Shown here in pieces: positions 62,901-64,000 of a stretch of 64,000 nt of DNA. Under the pieces are notes generated by a model. The model was not told the origin of the DNA. It searched no databases and saw only the letters and a program-made list of their open reading frames with translations. This DNA is from Hyphochytrium catenoides (taxonomy: Eukaryota; Protista; Hyphochytriomycota). Within the stretch, counting starts at the first letter, position 1; each line of letters starts with the position of its first letter. The translations under genes were made by a program, and so were the position numbers. The stretch spans positions 1 to 64,000 of the forward strand of contig FLMG01000368.1 in the NCBI GenBank assembly GCA_900088475.1, in the 5' to 3' direction.

Positions 62901-64000
62901 AAGAATGTCACGTAGAGTAATCACAAGGCCCGGTGCAGGAGAAACGTCTTCTTGCATTCCCTTGCCTCCTCTTCTCGATTGACTGTCGCCTGCACACACC
63001 TCATTGAAAACCCTGACAAGCTCCAACATTGGCCTACTGAAGCCTCTAAGAACGTCTACGCCATTCTCTACAAGTCTATCCTCGATAATCTGCGTCAAGT
63101 CGGAGTGATCATGGATAGCTGGAACCCAAATCTCAGTGAAACGATTTCGCAATGCAGGGGACAACTCCCTCTTCCCATAGTCACCGCCTGGGTTCATAGT
63201 AGCAAATATCCTCCATGCAGGGGAGGCCACAATCGTGTCAACTGTACTTCCACCCTTCTCCGCCAGAGTCAGAGAGCGGGAAGGCTCTAGGACACTATTG
63301 AGTCTTTCCAGAACAGCATCCTCCGCCAGGCTGATCTCATCTACAAGGAAGAGATCTCCATTCCGCATAGAGCTAACCAAAGGCCCATCTTGCCACTCAA
63401 AAAGTGCTTGGCGCTTCTCCTTCATCGCGCCTATCTTCTGCTCCAGCTCTAGCAGCCTAATTCTGTAGGCCTCCTCTACTCTCTCACTCCGTCCTTGCCG
63501 CACCACTTTGAATAAGCCTTCAACCTTGGCGAGCAATTCGTGCGCAGAAGGTCCAGAGGGCGATGAGAGTAGTGTCTCCCACTCTGTCAGTACTGGCGAC
63601 GAGGACGGCAAAGAGCCAGAAACGACAGCCTCCTGAAGGTACGAGCGAAGTAGGGCCACAACCTCCGTCACGAGTTTGTCTTCTCTGTGTCTAACTGGCC
63701 GCAAACTTCCCAGCAGGTCGGCCGTCTCTGTGTGCTGATGGCAGTTGAGAATATGCAGTGGTTGGTCAAGGAGAATAGAATAAAGCTGGCAGACAGTAGT
63801 CTTCCCACATCCAGTCTCGCCGACAAGCAGCACCGGCTCCTTGTTTGCCAGGCACTTGCCCACGAGGGTAAAAAGGCGCCTCATAGAGTTCGTGAAGGCA
63901 ATAGAGCCCAACCCACTGGCTGTTCCTCTAGTCTCAGAACCTTGCTTTCCAGTTCGCAATGCTTCCAGCTTTTCCTGGACCTTAAGAAAGTTCTGGTGAA
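47951..64000 (-). CDS. MDN1: Midasin (Rea1) AAA+ ATPase, 5'-truncated by the window edge
   Basis: Tandem AAA modules are present (GETGCGKT, GSPGVGKT, GSSASGKT; FATMNPGGDYGKRELSPALRNRF), followed by a long helical linker and a D/E-rich region. The C-terminal MIDAS/VWA domain has AIDDSQSM...FPFPYY...LSDALRQWFE. Confidence 0.96.
60932..60949. other. Assembly gap inside a midasin AAA-domain exon
   Basis: 18 N lie between ...HRFE and LLENVN. Confidence 1.

Overview
This is a gene-dense, intron-rich eukaryotic window of roughly 50% GC, with short GT-AG introns, many (CT/GA)n microsatellites and three N gaps. The gene content suggests a protist, possibly a stramenopile (inference only). Sixteen protein genes were reconstructed by hand-splicing. 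In order: PLRG1/PRL1, a TPR-like+MYND protein, a CCX-type cation/Ca2+ exchanger, an uncharacterised protein with possible EMB2735-like similarity, mitochondrial ribosome recycling factor, a DIX-like+ELMO protein, EMC4, a mitochondrial acetyl-CoA hydrolase/CoA-transferase, a selenoprotein thioredoxin reductase, an Rv2075c-like PI-PLC-domain protein, an SPX-SLC13 phosphate transporter, an OB/CCCH/methyltransferase protein, a SHAQKYF Myb factor, a thioredoxin-like/fRMsr (GAF) fusion, DBP3 helicase and the 3' part of midasin. Three features stand out. (1) The thioredoxin reductase has a full Sec-recoding layout: a C-terminal Gly-Cys-Sec-Gly, a type II SECIS, and a second strong hairpin starting exactly 6 nt after the UGA, resembling a Sec redefinition element. 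(2) An in-frame splice path fuses a CxxC-less thioredoxin fold to free-methionine-R-sulfoxide reductase. (3) The DIX-ELMO protein has a rearranged GAP arginine motif. No tRNA, rRNA, CRISPR array or recognisable transposon was seen. Exon boundaries are manual predictions without transcript support.
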